IMG/VR virus record: IMGVR_UViG_2802429014_000001
Direction: 5' to 3' (one strand)
Source: a virus
DNA: 64,000 nucleotides
In this document: piece by piece, positions 8,602 through 19,007 of the stretch
How positions within the stretch are numbered: the stretch's first letter is position 1
Layout of the letters: each line of letters begins with the position of its first letter
Program-made: the position numbers and the translations under genes
Notes under the pieces: model-generated
The model's input: the letters and a program-made list of their open reading frames with translations, nothing else
Told to the model about the DNA's origin: nothing
Database searches by the model: none

Positions 8602-9710
8602 TAGACCGGGATCACCTGTATCGCCAGCTGGGCGTCGCGTGGCTGAAAGTTGTAGACGCCGAACAGGCCGTCTGTGTACAAGAACACCGTCAGGATGCGC
8701 TTTTGGCCCTGCGGGAATCTGCCGTACACGCCATCGGGGGAGATGGCATCTGAAGGTGTTTGTGGTGTCGAAGCGTGCGGGCTGATATGCAACATCTGCG
8801 AGGAGTTGCCGAAGCCGCGGGCCACCAAGATGCCGCCCTTGGGATCGGTGTTCGGCTCGGAAATGCGGACCTCGCAACCGATCTGGAACGGATCGAAGTC
8901 AAGGTCAACACCGTTGGTACGCAGGTGCCCCTGCACCCACAGGTTATATTCCTGCGTCTGTTCGGGAATCTCGCGTGAGCCGATCGGGACCTTGGTACCC
9001 ACGGCCAGCGGCACCGACTGAAACGCGGCCTCCGGCATCGTGTACATGCGTGTGGCGAACGGGTTGGGGTCGGCCAGGACGAACTTGCTCTTGGTGGCAT
9101 CCCAGGTGACGACCTGGCCTCCTGTGGGTGGCAGGGTGTCATCGAAGTCGAGCGCGTCGGCGATGGTGGCGTTATCGCCCTTGGGGCCCTGCGGGGCTGC
9201 AATCTCGAAATGCCAGCCAGGGTTGTTGGCGGTGCCGCTCACGGTGATCTTGGACTTGCGGCCCGCCAGCTGCTCGGCCCACGGGATCGACTCAATGGTG
9301 GGGGAGATGTTCGGCACAGGCCCGGCCGGACCGGCGGTGCCCATGGCCTTGACCTTGAATCCGGTGCCGTCCCACATGTAGACCTGGTTGCCGATCCACC
9401 AGGCCTTGCCGATGTCGTCGGGGGTGTCGGTCAGGGTGTTGGCCAGCTCTTCAAGCTCTTGCAAGCTGTCGATGGGGGAGCCGTATTGCATGCGGACAAT
9501 GGGCGCCATCTCGCCGTCATTGCCTTTGGGGCCGACCAGGGCGTCCATGGTGACCACCGCGTCGTCGCCAACCATTTCCATGGTGGCCGTGGTGGCGCCG
9601 GGTGTGTCGATGTCGGACACGTCGCCGTAGAAGTGCACATTGGCCAGCCGGGTGCCCAGATATACCCGGTCGCCAAGCTGTGCCTGTACCGGGTCGGCGG
9701 GTGCAGTCAT
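8601..9710 (-). CDS. minor tail protein
   Basis: 369-aa ORF in the tail block. Confidence 0.45.
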   Translation of the reverse strand: MTAPADPVQAQLGDRVYLGTRLANVHFYGDVSDIDTPGATTATMEMVGDDAVVTMDALVGPKGNDGEMAPIVRMQYGSPIDSLQELEELANTLTDTPDDIGKAWWIGNQVYMWDGTGFKVKAMGTAGPAGPVPNISPTIESIPWAEQLAGRKSKITVSGTANNPGWHFEIAAPQGPKGDNATIADALDFDDTLPPTGGQVVTWDATKSKFVLADPNPFATRMYTMPEAAFQSVPLAVGTKVPIGSREIPEQTQEYNLWVQGHLRTNGVDLDFDPFQIGCEVRISEPNTDPKGGILVARGFGNSSQMLHISPHASTPQTPSDAISPDGVYGRFPQGQKRILTVFLYTDGLFGVYNFQPRDAQLAIQVIPV

Positions 9711-10192
9711 AGTGGAGCCTCCGTCTGCTCGTCGTCTTGGAAAGTGATGCGGGTCTTCTGTCGCCAGCCCTCGGGCACGTCATCGACGGGCACACCGCCG
9801 AGCTGGCGAATCCAAAAGGCCTTGGCGTTGCCGGACAGGTTTTCGATGTCCTGCGGCGTGGTGGCGGTGTCGATTTCCTCGCGCACGTCATCGGATGCAT
9901 TGATGCCCACCCACTCCAAAGCGCCCTGGTGTTGGGCGCCTTCGACACGGCGGCTCTTGATCAGCGCCTCATCCTGGTGAAGCCGGAAGCCGCGCAGCGC
10001 AAGGTGATAGGCGATCATCGGCGCCAGATAGGACAGGTCCAATGTCTTGCCGTCGCGCATGCCGACCGCCACCAATGCGCTGGCTATCTGATGCATGGCC
10101 ACGTTGGCGTTATGCAGGTGTTCGGCGGGAGCGTCGGTGACCCGTGGGTCGGTGCCCATGGCCGCGCCTTCGTGAGTGCCGTTGACGTACAT
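9707..10192 (-). CDS. minor tail protein
   Basis: Start placed at MYVNGTHE; TAATG stop/start overlap with the upstream gene at 10192. Confidence 0.4.
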   Translation of the reverse strand: MYVNGTHEGAAMGTDPRVTDAPAEHLHNANVAMHQIASALVAVGMRDGKTLDLSYLAPMIAYHLALRGFRLHQDEALIKSRRVEGAQHQGALEWVGINASDDVREEIDTATTPQDIENLSGNAKAFWIRQLGGVPVDDVPEGWRQKTRITFQDDEQTEAPL

Positions 10193-11913
10193 TAGAATTC
10201 GTCTCCACTTCCCATGAGCATTCCGACGACCGACCAGGCCGCTTGCAGTGTTCGCATCCCCTTGGCGGCGGGATCTTCTTCTTCGCCGTCCATGCCGATT
10301 GACAGCCCGTATTGCAGCGGCGTGGTCTCGTCGTAGGCCATCCGAATCGCCGAGCACTGGTCGGCGTGGATGACATCGACCAACTCAAAGCCCAGGCGGT
10401 CGCCGAGAGTGAAGTCGTAATGAACCAGCCAGGGGTAGCCGTTGACGACGTTTGTCTTAAAGCTGGTGTAAGGCCGCGTTTTCCAGTGGCCATCGCGTAG
10501 CGATTTGATACCGGATACGGTGTATGCCGAGCCTGATCCCGCTTCCCAGTGTTCAAGGAAAGCGTGTGTGCCCATTTGGAATACACGCTTGATGTCCGTA
10601 AACCGTTGGTATGCAAGCAGACTGTTGTCCAATTGGCCCTGATAGAGCTCTTCTAAGCCCGGTGTGCCGGGAACCTGTGCGGCAAATGGGCCTTGAGATA
10701 TCAGCGCTGAGAGCTCTGATAGGGCGTATTTGATGCCAAATGTCTGGAGCTGGTTCACAATTGCCGGTGACTTAGAACCGGTCATGATGGTTCGGGCCTT
10801 GGCCTTGTGCACCGCTCTAACGGCGTCGATGATCGCCGAATGCTCTGTGTCGCGGAAGATCACCTTTGGCGGCGCCGGGGCGACCTTGAGCCACTTACGA
10901 AATAGCGGATCGGTCTTGCCATCGTGGTCGGCGTCGACCGGAATAATGGTCTCGGTGATCATGTCGTCGGCCAGGGAGCCGACCAGGTTGATCACACCGT
11001 CGATGGCGGTGCCGGTTGGGCCGGTGACACCCGACTTGTCTTCTACCGCAAGGACAACGCAGTTGCGGGTGGGCCGGGTCAGAATGTTGTTGCCAAGCAG
11101 TTCGGACAGCTCGGTGTGTGGCGAGTCCTCATCCTCGGTCAGCCAGGTGTAGGCGCGGATGATGCACCCGGCGTCCTTGAGGATCGGATCGAAGACACTG
11201 TGCGCGTCGGTCCACCGTGAGGTGACAAAGCTCAGCCGCGACTGATCCAGGAACGGATTGACGAAAGCGACCTGCACCGGCCAGTCAAGCGGGCTGATGT
11301 TGGTGAGCTTGGTGCCCAGCCACACCGCCGGGTTGGCGATGTTGGTGATGATGTTGAAACCCGGCATGTACTGGCGGGCCAGGTTCACGAACAGTGTGGT
11401 GGCGCAGATGGTGCGGGTGTTTCCCGGCAGCAGCCACATCTTCGGCTGCTGGACCTCGGGCGGAAAAAACGGATTTGCGCCTAGCAGAATGTGTTCTAGG
11501 TGCTTGCGGTTGTGGATGAGCTGTAGTTCGACCAGGTGGATGCCGTCAGCGGTCCGCTTGATGTTGACCGATTCGACCTTGCCGCCCCAGCGGGTGCGCC
11601 ACGAGCGCTTGGTCGGGTTGGGGTCGATGGTGATGTGCAAGTCCTCTTCGGCGCGCACATCGCGGGTAATGAACTCGGTCAGCCAGTCGTTGGCCAGCAG
11701 CGTGATTGAGCCCTGCCCGGCCGCGTGAATCATCTCTTCGGCGTCAAGTTTTTGTTCAGCGGCAACAACGCCGATGAACTTCATGTCCTTGTCCCACAGG
11801 CGGATTAGTGGGCGCTGACGGGCCGATTCGATGATGACCTGGCGGCGCCGATGCATGTAGCGGTACGCCTCACTAGGGCTGCGCACAGGATCGGGCTCAG
11901 CCAAAGTTGCCAT
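10192..11913 (-). CDS. minor tail protein
   Basis: 573-aa ORF in the tail block. Confidence 0.45.
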   Translation of the reverse strand: MATLAEPDPVRSPSEAYRYMHRRRQVIIESARQRPLIRLWDKDMKFIGVVAAEQKLDAEEMIHAAGQGSITLLANDWLTEFITRDVRAEEDLHITIDPNPTKRSWRTRWGGKVESVNIKRTADGIHLVELQLIHNRKHLEHILLGANPFFPPEVQQPKMWLLPGNTRTICATTLFVNLARQYMPGFNIITNIANPAVWLGTKLTNISPLDWPVQVAFVNPFLDQSRLSFVTSRWTDAHSVFDPILKDAGCIIRAYTWLTEDEDSPHTELSELLGNNILTRPTRNCVVLAVEDKSGVTGPTGTAIDGVINLVGSLADDMITETIIPVDADHDGKTDPLFRKWLKVAPAPPKVIFRDTEHSAIIDAVRAVHKAKARTIMTGSKSPAIVNQLQTFGIKYALSELSALISQGPFAAQVPGTPGLEELYQGQLDNSLLAYQRFTDIKRVFQMGTHAFLEHWEAGSGSAYTVSGIKSLRDGHWKTRPYTSFKTNVVNGYPWLVHYDFTLGDRLGFELVDVIHADQCSAIRMAYDETTPLQYGLSIGMDGEEEDPAAKGMRTLQAAWSVVGMLMGSGDEF

Positions 11914-13143
11914 CTAGAAAGCGGTCTCGTACTTCTGTGGCATGAAAGCGGTCACCTTTGCCTCGGGGTTGGTGTGGTAGACGGCGGTCGTAACCGCCGT
12001 CTCACGCGGGATGATGGATGCGAACCGCTGGCCACGGGTGCGGCGCCACGCGGGCAGCCCTTGGTCGCCCAGGTCATGCAGCAGCGGCAGGTAGTCGAGG
12101 ATTTCGGCCTGGCGCGCGAACCGGTAGAACACGTTGTCTACGGGTTCCTTGCTGGTGGTGAAGGTGCGGGCAGTCGGGTCGGTGTCGACCATGAGAAAGC
12201 CATCGCCGCTGTAGATTTCGGGACAGCGCACCAAGTTCTGTGTGAGGCCGTCCTGTATCCATGCCGTGCCGGTGCCGCTGATGATGAACTTCGGCCAGTC
12301 ATCGATCTGGCCTTTGTTGACGTATTGGACGTGGGTCAGCCAGGCCTGCATGGGCAGTGCTTCGATGCCGTCAGTCAGGAAGTCTTCAAGGGTGGTGAAC
12401 AGTGAGCCCTCACCGCCGACTGTAACCTTGGGCTTGGTGGCGTCGAAGCCAACGGTCTTGGAGCGGAACATCTTTTTGTAGGCGTAGGGGTCCGGGCTGA
12501 CGACGTTCATCGTCACCTGGCGCATGTTGTTGCCGAACGCCACCGGGTCCTTTTTCATGGTCTCTGGGGTGGCGCCGCCGTCCAAAATGACTTTGAGCCA
12601 GCGCCATCCGGTCGAGCGGGTGAAGTAGCCCAACCATCCGTGCTGCGTCTTGGACCATGCGCGCTGCCACCTAGCCTCGGTGTTGCGGTAGATGGTCTCG
12701 GTCGAAATATTCAGGCGGGCCCGCACATTGGCGTTGGGGTTCAAGATGACGCCGAATGACTGCGTGCGCCGTTTGATGTCGGTGCGCTCCAGCCGTGAGC
12801 CGATCAGGTAGGGCCCTTCCGAGAACCGGTGATCGAACGGGACCGACATCGCGCCCATCAGTTCGGACTCCAGCACCGCCCCTTCGCGGCCGCGATGGTT
12901 ACCGGCAAGATGCCACTTGCTGCCATCGACACCGATGTACAGCAGGTTGGTTTCCATGTTCTTAAGCTCTTCGGGCAGCCATTCCCAGCGGGTGAATTGC
13001 TCCCAGCCGGGGAACTTGACAGCGGCAAACACCGCTCCTGCAAGCTCATTGGCGTTTCCGCCCCAGCGGTAGAAGGGCGGTTGAATCTGGTTGTCGGCCG
13101 CGTTCTCGCCCCAATGATCTGGCGCGGTGGCTGATTCGGTCAT
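11914..13143 (-). CDS. minor tail protein (distal-tail-like, directly downstream of the tape measure gene)
   Basis: Start placed at MTESATAPDHW, giving an ATGA overlap with the tape measure stop at 13140. Confidence 0.45.
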   Translation of the reverse strand: MTESATAPDHWGENAADNQIQPPFYRWGGNANELAGAVFAAVKFPGWEQFTRWEWLPEELKNMETNLLYIGVDGSKWHLAGNHRGREGAVLESELMGAMSVPFDHRFSEGPYLIGSRLERTDIKRRTQSFGVILNPNANVRARLNISTETIYRNTEARWQRAWSKTQHGWLGYFTRSTGWRWLKVILDGGATPETMKKDPVAFGNNMRQVTMNVVSPDPYAYKKMFRSKTVGFDATKPKVTVGGEGSLFTTLEDFLTDGIEALPMQAWLTHVQYVNKGQIDDWPKFIISGTGTAWIQDGLTQNLVRCPEIYSGDGFLMVDTDPTARTFTTSKEPVDNVFYRFARQAEILDYLPLLHDLGDQGLPAWRRTRGQRFASIIPRETAVTTAVYHTNPEAKVTAFMPQKYETAF

Positions 13144-16100
13144 GCTCCCAGTCCTGCCGTCGCGTAGGTGCGCGTCCGTTCGTTTTGCTTCTTCTGGATG
13201 GACGTTTGAACGGCCTGCGGGTCCATGCCCTGATTGCCGTTGAGGTTGATTGAGTTGTCGATGGTGGTCGGGGCCGACATGCCTTGCTGGAAAGCGTTGG
13301 TGGCGATATCGCCAATGCCCGCGATAAGGCCACCGGGCCCGCCGCCAGGCATCACATTTTCTGCGGTCACCGTCGATGTCTGGCCCTGCGAGAACAACCC
13401 GGTAAGGCTCGGCAGGCCCATGCTGTTCAACATGCCGCCGCCGCCCTGGCCCGGCCCACCAGCGCCGCCGCCACCGAGTAGGCCGGTGAACATCTTCACC
13501 AGACCCCACTGCCTCGGATCGGAGAACAGTGAACCGTCAAACCCGAGGCCCTGAAACAAACCGTCGATCAGCCCTTGGCCGAGGTCACTGCCCGCCGCGC
13601 TGCCACCACCGCCGCCAAACGGTGAGTTCGCCATGGCGGCGTTGTATTCGTTTTGCGTCGCCGTCAGGTCGTCGGTGGCTTGGGCCTGCTCACGCTTGGC
13701 CTTGGCCAGCCGGTATTCGGCGGCGTCGCGCTGCTTCTGCGTGACCTTGCTGGGGTCCTTGGCGTTGAGTTCGTCCAGCGAGGCCTGCGCCTGCTGCACG
13801 GCAAAGTCACGATCAGACACACGGTCCTGCGCCTCACGGACCCGGCGCGCGCCTGCGGCGCCACCGCCGCGACCGGATGACGAACCACCGCCGAAGAGGC
13901 TGCCGCCGCCGGACATCCCGGACGCCGAGGGCAGCGAAATGCTGCTGGTGGGTAGGCCTACAGCCGCCGCGCCAGCGCCACGGCCCTTGCCGAGCATGAC
14001 GTGAAGGTGGTCCATGTGGTTCTGCGTCGGCGAACCACGGTCATTCATGGCCTTGCCGTCTGTGAAAGACCCGCCGTAGCCGTAGCTGGTTTGGCGCCAG
14101 ATGAATCCGTCCAGGCCGAGTTGTTCGCGGTTCTTGACCAGGAAGCCTGCGACCTGATTGCCGAGCATCATGCCCTGAGGGGTGTCCCAACCGGGGACCA
14201 TCACGTCAATGGCGTTGCCGCTGGAGTGCTCGCCGTAGCCGTCCTCGGCGCGTCGCCCGCCGATGTCATCGATCTGCGGCCACTGGCGCATGATCGTGGT
14301 GCGCAGGAAGTCGGCGCCAGGGTTGAGACCCTGGGCGAAGCCAGGGATCATGGCGTGCAGCATTTCCGCCGGTGGCACCCACCCGGCGTTGAGCGCGGCC
14401 AGGATTGGGGCGCCGCCATTGCGCATGGCCGCCGCTGTCATGACACCTTCGCCATTGGACAGCCACGCCAAGATAGAGTCGCTGGTGCCGGTGCCCCGTC
14501 CGCTAACCTTGCCGCCTCCGGCGTAGCCCGGCGCGTTGCCGATCGGGCCACCGTCTTTGTGGCCGAAGATGCCGCCGAGGCCAGGCACCTTGGACAGGAA
14601 GCCGCTGGCCTTATCGACGATGCCGTTCAAGCCACCAGCAACCCCGCCGATGACATCGGCCAGCGCCTTGAATCCGCTGATCATGGGCTTGATCACCACG
14701 TCAACGATGGGAGTGAGGATCTTGACCAGCCCGGTGAACAGTGGCGCCACAACCTTGATCGCCGCCGCAATGGCGGGAATGGCGGCGGTGCCCAGCTCGG
14801 CCAGCGGCGGTAGAAGGGGAATCGCCGTCTTGAGTAGATCGCCCATTGCGCCCAGAAGCGGGGGCAGCAGCGGCGTGACCTGCTGGAGGGCGCCTGCGAA
14901 GGCGTTGGCGAATGTGCCTGCGACCTCGGCCAGTACGGGCGCCAGCTGGTCGATGACCGGCTTGAGTGCGTTCGCGAGCGCCGATACGACCGGTGCCAGG
15001 GCCTTGTATAGCGTCGACAGGGCTGGGGCGAGCGCACCGACCACCGCGCCGACCAGCTGCCCAAGCACAGGCAGGATCGGGGCCGCACCAGCCACCAGGT
15101 CGGCGAAGGCCTGCGCCAACGGCGCAATCGCCGGGGCGAGCGCTTGAATGGTTTGGACTACGGCCGGTCCGATGGCGCCCAGCAGGGTCGAGATAGGGCC
15201 CGCCAGCGAGGTCACCACGGGGGCAAGGGTCTTCATGACCTCGGCCAGGTTGGTAAACACCGCCTGTAGCGCAGGCGCGGCGGCAGTGCCCAGGCCGGTG
15301 AATGCGGGAATGATGGTGCCGAGCAGGCTTTGGCCGACTGTCTTGAGGATCGGCGACAGAGCGGCAAGGGCTTCCTTGGCTCCAGAGAAGAAGGCGCCCA
15401 AAGCATCTTGGCCCTCGGCGGAGTTCACGAAGTCGCGCATCGTCTGCGTCACGGTCTGCAACGAAGCCAGGAATCCGCCGCCCACGTCGTTGCCTGCGCG
15501 GAACACCCCGCCGAGGATCGACCCCAGATTGCCTGTGATATCGGCGAGCTGGCCCATGGCATGAATGCCGGTCTGAATCCACTCAGTCATGCGGCCGCTT
15601 TCGCGCGCATTGCTGACGAACCGGGCGAAGGAATTGGCGGCGTTGGTGGCGCCCTGCGCCAGCTGCGGCATGAAGGTGGAGCCGACAGTGCCGATATCCA
15701 GCAGAGATTTGACGACCGGTGAAAGGGCCTGCGACAAGGTGTTGAATGCCGTCGCGCTGTTTCCGGTCAGTGTTGCCATGTCCGAAACGGATTGCGGTGC
15801 TTGCAGAAGCGCCGAAACGCTCTTGAGCGCGCTGTTTGCACTGCCCGCAATGTCGGCCATGGCGCCTTGCATCATCGGCAGATAGGTGGCGCCCAGGGCC
15901 TTCACTTCGGAGGCGAATCCGTCAAAGAATCGGTCCTGTACCGCGTTTTTCAAGTCCTTGAGCTGCGGCAGCATGGACTGGATAGCGGTCGCGGTCTCGC
16001 GGGCGTTCGGTGACAGGTCGGCGATAGCCTTAGCGAACTTTTCGGGGTCGCCAATGTCCTTCATGGCGTCGCCGAAGCCGAGGGTGGCGACCTTGAGCGC

Positions 16101-16487
16101 GCCGATAGCTGTCGCCGCGCCGCCAGCGGCGGCCGGCAAAAGTCCAAACGCGCCGCTAGCGGACATGATGGCGCCGGTAAGGGCTGTCAGTCCACCAGCG
16201 GCGCCTGTGATAGCTAGACCGCCCAGGGCGCCTGCCATCGCCCCGCCGAGGGTCTTGGAGATGAAGGACGCGGCCTCGGTGACCTGCTTGCGGTCGATGT
16301 CGATCCTGTAGGGCCGCGCCTTGCTCAGTTCGCGGTCCAGCCGCTTGATTTGCAGGCGCGCCTTGCCGGTGTCGGCGTCAATGTCGACCGTCAGGTCAAT
16401 GCCGTCGACGGCGCGACGGGTCTCGCGTACCAGTCGGGAGGTGTCGGGCACGATCGAAACCCAAAGGGCCATTAGCTCATTGCTCAT
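13140..16487 (-). CDS. tape measure protein
   Basis: 1115 aa, Ala/Gly-rich and helical, immediately after the G-T chaperones. Contains an HMDHLHV (HxH) peptidase-M23-like motif near residue 800. Confidence 0.8.
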   Translation of the reverse strand: MSNELMALWVSIVPDTSRLVRETRRAVDGIDLTVDIDADTGKARLQIKRLDRELSKARPYRIDIDRKQVTEAASFISKTLGGAMAGALGGLAITGAAGGLTALTGAIMSASGAFGLLPAAAGGAATAIGALKVATLGFGDAMKDIGDPEKFAKAIADLSPNARETATAIQSMLPQLKDLKNAVQDRFFDGFASEVKALGATYLPMMQGAMADIAGSANSALKSVSALLQAPQSVSDMATLTGNSATAFNTLSQALSPVVKSLLDIGTVGSTFMPQLAQGATNAANSFARFVSNARESGRMTEWIQTGIHAMGQLADITGNLGSILGGVFRAGNDVGGGFLASLQTVTQTMRDFVNSAEGQDALGAFFSGAKEALAALSPILKTVGQSLLGTIIPAFTGLGTAAAPALQAVFTNLAEVMKTLAPVVTSLAGPISTLLGAIGPAVVQTIQALAPAIAPLAQAFADLVAGAAPILPVLGQLVGAVVGALAPALSTLYKALAPVVSALANALKPVIDQLAPVLAEVAGTFANAFAGALQQVTPLLPPLLGAMGDLLKTAIPLLPPLAELGTAAIPAIAAAIKVVAPLFTGLVKILTPIVDVVIKPMISGFKALADVIGGVAGGLNGIVDKASGFLSKVPGLGGIFGHKDGGPIGNAPGYAGGGKVSGRGTGTSDSILAWLSNGEGVMTAAAMRNGGAPILAALNAGWVPPAEMLHAMIPGFAQGLNPGADFLRTTIMRQWPQIDDIGGRRAEDGYGEHSSGNAIDVMVPGWDTPQGMMLGNQVAGFLVKNREQLGLDGFIWRQTSYGYGGSFTDGKAMNDRGSPTQNHMDHLHVMLGKGRGAGAAAVGLPTSSISLPSASGMSGGGSLFGGGSSSGRGGGAAGARRVREAQDRVSDRDFAVQQAQASLDELNAKDPSKVTQKQRDAAEYRLAKAKREQAQATDDLTATQNEYNAAMANSPFGGGGGSAAGSDLGQGLIDGLFQGLGFDGSLFSDPRQWGLVKMFTGLLGGGGAGGPGQGGGGMLNSMGLPSLTGLFSQGQTSTVTAENVMPGGGPGGLIAGIGDIATNAFQQGMSAPTTIDNSINLNGNQGMDPQAVQTSIQKKQNERTRTYATAGLGA

Positions 16488-17372
16488 CGCTAACTCCCTT
16501 CTGTCGTTTCCATCGGGCCCGTGCCTCGCGCCACATGGATGTGAATGCGGCCATCGGGACGACCTGCTGTGTGCGGCCCCCGAGAGCTGCCGTCAGCGCG
16601 TTTGCGCGCTCACGCACGCCGGGGCGTGGGATCTGTTTTGGCCGGTTCCGTGGCGGCTTGCGCTGCGCATCCTTGGTGTGCAGCCACAGCCAGTCGTTAA
16701 GGCGCTCAAGGATTCCGGCGAGAAGATGTGAGTCGAGCGGCCACCCTTCGGCCAGCTCGTAATGAATGGCAGTCCCCGGTGGTGAGGCCACGGTGAACGC
16801 ATGCAAGTCTTCCCAGCTGCACGCCGGGCGGTCGAAACGCAACCCGGCGTGCAGCAGGTCTAGGCGGAATGCCGCCTCGTGCTTGCGTGCGAAGTCACGG
16901 ACCTCGCCAATTAGTTTGGGAGTTTGGCCCCTGACCAGAACGTCAGCAGGCTCTTGATATCAGCCAGCTTGCCGCCGCCACGGAAGGCCGCGGTGATCGC
17001 CGCGATACCTTCGGCGTAGTCGACAGCGTGATCACGCATGGCCTGACGGAAGAGCTTGATCAGCATCACGTGATCTGGAATGTCCTCCAGCAGATCAGCG
17101 AAGATGTCGCCCGCGTCCGGCGTCGGGAACGGCGGCAGCGCCACCACCGTGCCCGAGGGGTCTTCGTAGCGTTTCAGCTCGGTGCCCTCGACGTAGATAG
17201 GCGCCCAATCGAACTCGGGATCGCCCGGCTCCGGTTCCGGCTTCGCGGGGGTCTCGGTGCTCTGCTCGCCCTCTGCTATGTCGAGGTTGTCCTCGTACTC
17301 ACGGACATCGTCATCGTCATCGTCAACTTCGACAGCGGGGGCGGTCTTTTTTGTGGTTGCCTTGGTGGCCAT
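16477..17372 (-). CDS. tail assembly chaperone G-T fusion via -1 programmed frameshift
   Basis: The downstream ORF (to 16477) is open in the -1 frame from the slippery heptamer onward (PKLIGEVRDFARKHEAAF...). Its frame offset fits a -1 slip. Confidence 0.5.
16911..17372 (-). CDS. tail assembly chaperone (G-like)
   Basis: Acidic 153-aa protein between the major tail and tape measure genes. Ends with the CCCAAAC slippery site just before its stop. Confidence 0.55.
   Translation of the reverse strand: MATKATTKKTAPAVEVDDDDDDVREYEDNLDIAEGEQSTETPAKPEPEPGDPEFDWAPIYVEGTELKRYEDPSGTVVALPPFPTPDAGDIFADLLEDIPDHVMLIKLFRQAMRDHAVDYAEGIAAITAAFRGGGKLADIKSLLTFWSGAKLPN
16914..16920 (-). promoter_or_regulatory. 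slippery heptamer C_CCA_AAC (X_XXY_YYZ) for the G-T -1 frameshift
   Basis: The minus strand reads ..CTC CCA AAC TAA. Plus-strand gtttggg at 16914..16920. Confidence 0.5.
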
Positions 17373-17570
17373 GTGATTGTTCCTTTGCAGGTGAGTTGCC
17401 TTGGAGTGCCTTGGGTCCCGCCCGCCTGTCCCAAGGCAAAACGGACGGGCGGGACAGCATGGTGAATCGGTGGGCGGCTGGTTTTCGCCTCTCCTAAGCC
17501 CCGTCGCCGCTTGGCTCGGGGTCAGGCTCCGGCTCCGGTTCCGGGTCAGGTTCCGGGGCCGGGGGAGGCG

Positions 17571-18248
17571 CTAAGGGGTTTCGCCACCGCCTGCGGGCAG
17601 GGGCACAACCTGGCCGTCGTCCAGGTAGATGTAGGCGTTGTTGCCCTGTGAATCGGGCAGTAGCTTGAGCGTCAGGTCATGGCCCGACAACTCGCTGTGC
17701 GCGGTCTTAAAATCGCCCTTCTCGGACACCTGGGCCAGCGGTGCGACCCACCGCATCGCCTTGAGACCTTCGGAGCCATCGGAGTAGAAGCTGTCAATCC
17801 AGACAGTCTTTTTCGGCAGCATCAGCTTGTTGACCTTGATGGCCAGCCAGTTGCCATGCGCCTGCGTCGCCTGCGTGTAGGCCACGTTGTCGTCGCCGTA
17901 CGCCAGCTTGGCAATCTCTCGATTCATGATCTGTAGCAGCACCATCTGCCACGACACCGAAAACGATTCCTGTAGAAACGCAACGATATCGCCGCCCCAG
18001 GCCGCAATCTCATTGATCGATCGATCTTCGGTGCCGGTCACGCCGTCTTCGGAGACGAAGCCGACATTTTTCAGGTCAGGGCTGTGCTCGGTGGCGGGGA
18101 TAAAGATGTCATCGGCCGGGGGTAGGGCAATGCCCGGCTTACCGATGAATACACCGCCAGTGATTCCCGGCGCGGTCGGCGAGCCGGAGAACAGTTCTTT
18201 GATATCGCCCGCTGCGCCACCGGGGCCAGCGACAATGGGTCCGGTCAT
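17571..18248 (-). CDS. major tail subunit
   Basis: Start placed at MTGPIVAGPG. Position upstream of the tail chaperones. Confidence 0.5.
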   Translation of the reverse strand: MTGPIVAGPGGAAGDIKELFSGSPTAPGITGGVFIGKPGIALPPADDIFIPATEHSPDLKNVGFVSEDGVTGTEDRSINEIAAWGGDIVAFLQESFSVSWQMVLLQIMNREIAKLAYGDDNVAYTQATQAHGNWLAIKVNKLMLPKKTVWIDSFYSDGSEGLKAMRWVAPLAQVSEKGDFKTAHSELSGHDLTLKLLPDSQGNNAYIYLDDGQVVPLPAGGGETP

Positions 18249-18306
18249 GGTGAATACACCTCTCTGCCCAACGCGGGCAATGGGATTGGTAAAGATGCCT
18301 TGAGAC

Positions 18307-18714
18307 TCAGTGCTTGGCTCTGACGAGCCATTCGAGGACGACTTGATAGCGGACGTGCGTCTTGACATCCGGGTCATCCAGATCGGTTGGGCCACCGAGT
18401 TTTTTGGCCCTAGCCACGTAGGGGTAGCCGTCGAACAGGAAGCCAACGGCTGCCTTGCCTAGTGCTGCCACCAGGTTCGCGGTCTGAGCGCATCGAGGGC
18501 CGTCAATGTCGTAGAGCTGGGCGACTACCTGCGCCCGCGTGGCGATCAGCGATTCGTCGGGCCCGCCGTTGGAATAGACGCGCATGAAACGATCTGGGCG
18601 ATTCTTGGCCGGTACTTTCTTGCCGACATGCTGCGTGTGGCCCTGTGCGGCAAGGGTGTTGGCGAAATAGGTGACGGCGAGCTGATCAACGTCCGGGTGG
18701 ACGATGAGCGTCAT
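18307..18714 (-). CDS. tail terminator / head-tail connector protein
   Basis: Positional call only. Confidence 0.35.
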   Translation of the reverse strand: MTLIVHPDVDQLAVTYFANTLAAQGHTQHVGKKVPAKNRPDRFMRVYSNGGPDESLIATRAQVVAQLYDIDGPRCAQTANLVAALGKAAVGFLFDGYPYVARAKKLGGPTDLDDPDVKTHVRYQVVLEWLVRAKH

Positions 18715-19007
18715 CGGCGTGCGGCTGCCCGCAGAAGCGAGGATGTGCGGCGCTCGTGCCCCATGGCGCGACCGGTCGCGGTCACTACCGAGACACGGGC
18801 GCGGTTCTTGCCGACGTGCAGGTCTGCGGTGTAGCTTGGCCCGTCATCGACGGGACCGTTCTGCGCCACGTCAGCGGTCACTTGGTGATCCAGGTTGGCA
18901 TCTTGGGCGACAACCTCGCCGACCTCAAGCAGCTTGGCCTGCACCGCCGCCGACTTGCGCAGCTCACGGAAGGCGCGTTTGTTCACGCGGACCTTGGTAA
19001 CGGTCAT
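18711..19007 (-). CDS. head-tail connector protein
   Basis: Start placed at MTVTKVRVNK. Positional call. Confidence 0.35.
   Translation of the reverse strand: MTVTKVRVNKRAFRELRKSAAVQAKLLEVGEVVAQDANLDHQVTADVAQNGPVDDGPSYTADLHVGKNRARVSVVTATGRAMGHERRTSSLLRAAARR

Noticed and set aside
5592-8877. CRISPR-like or other non-coding tandem repeats in the Gly-rich and G-X-Y regions (and the 120-bp repeats at 45040..45400)
   Set aside because: The periodicity is codon-based and inside long ORFs (collagen-like and glycine-rich tail proteins, the repeat protein). There is no repeat-spacer architecture and no cas genes.
9210-9980. Long plus-strand ORFs antisense to the structural genes (also 14001..14813, 20098..21063, 23950..24630, 28563..29495, 43337..43966)
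   Set aside because: High-GC DNA generates long stop-free antisense frames. The products are Arg/Gly/Ala-rich low-complexity, and every one is fully covered by a minus-strand gene with motif or positional support.
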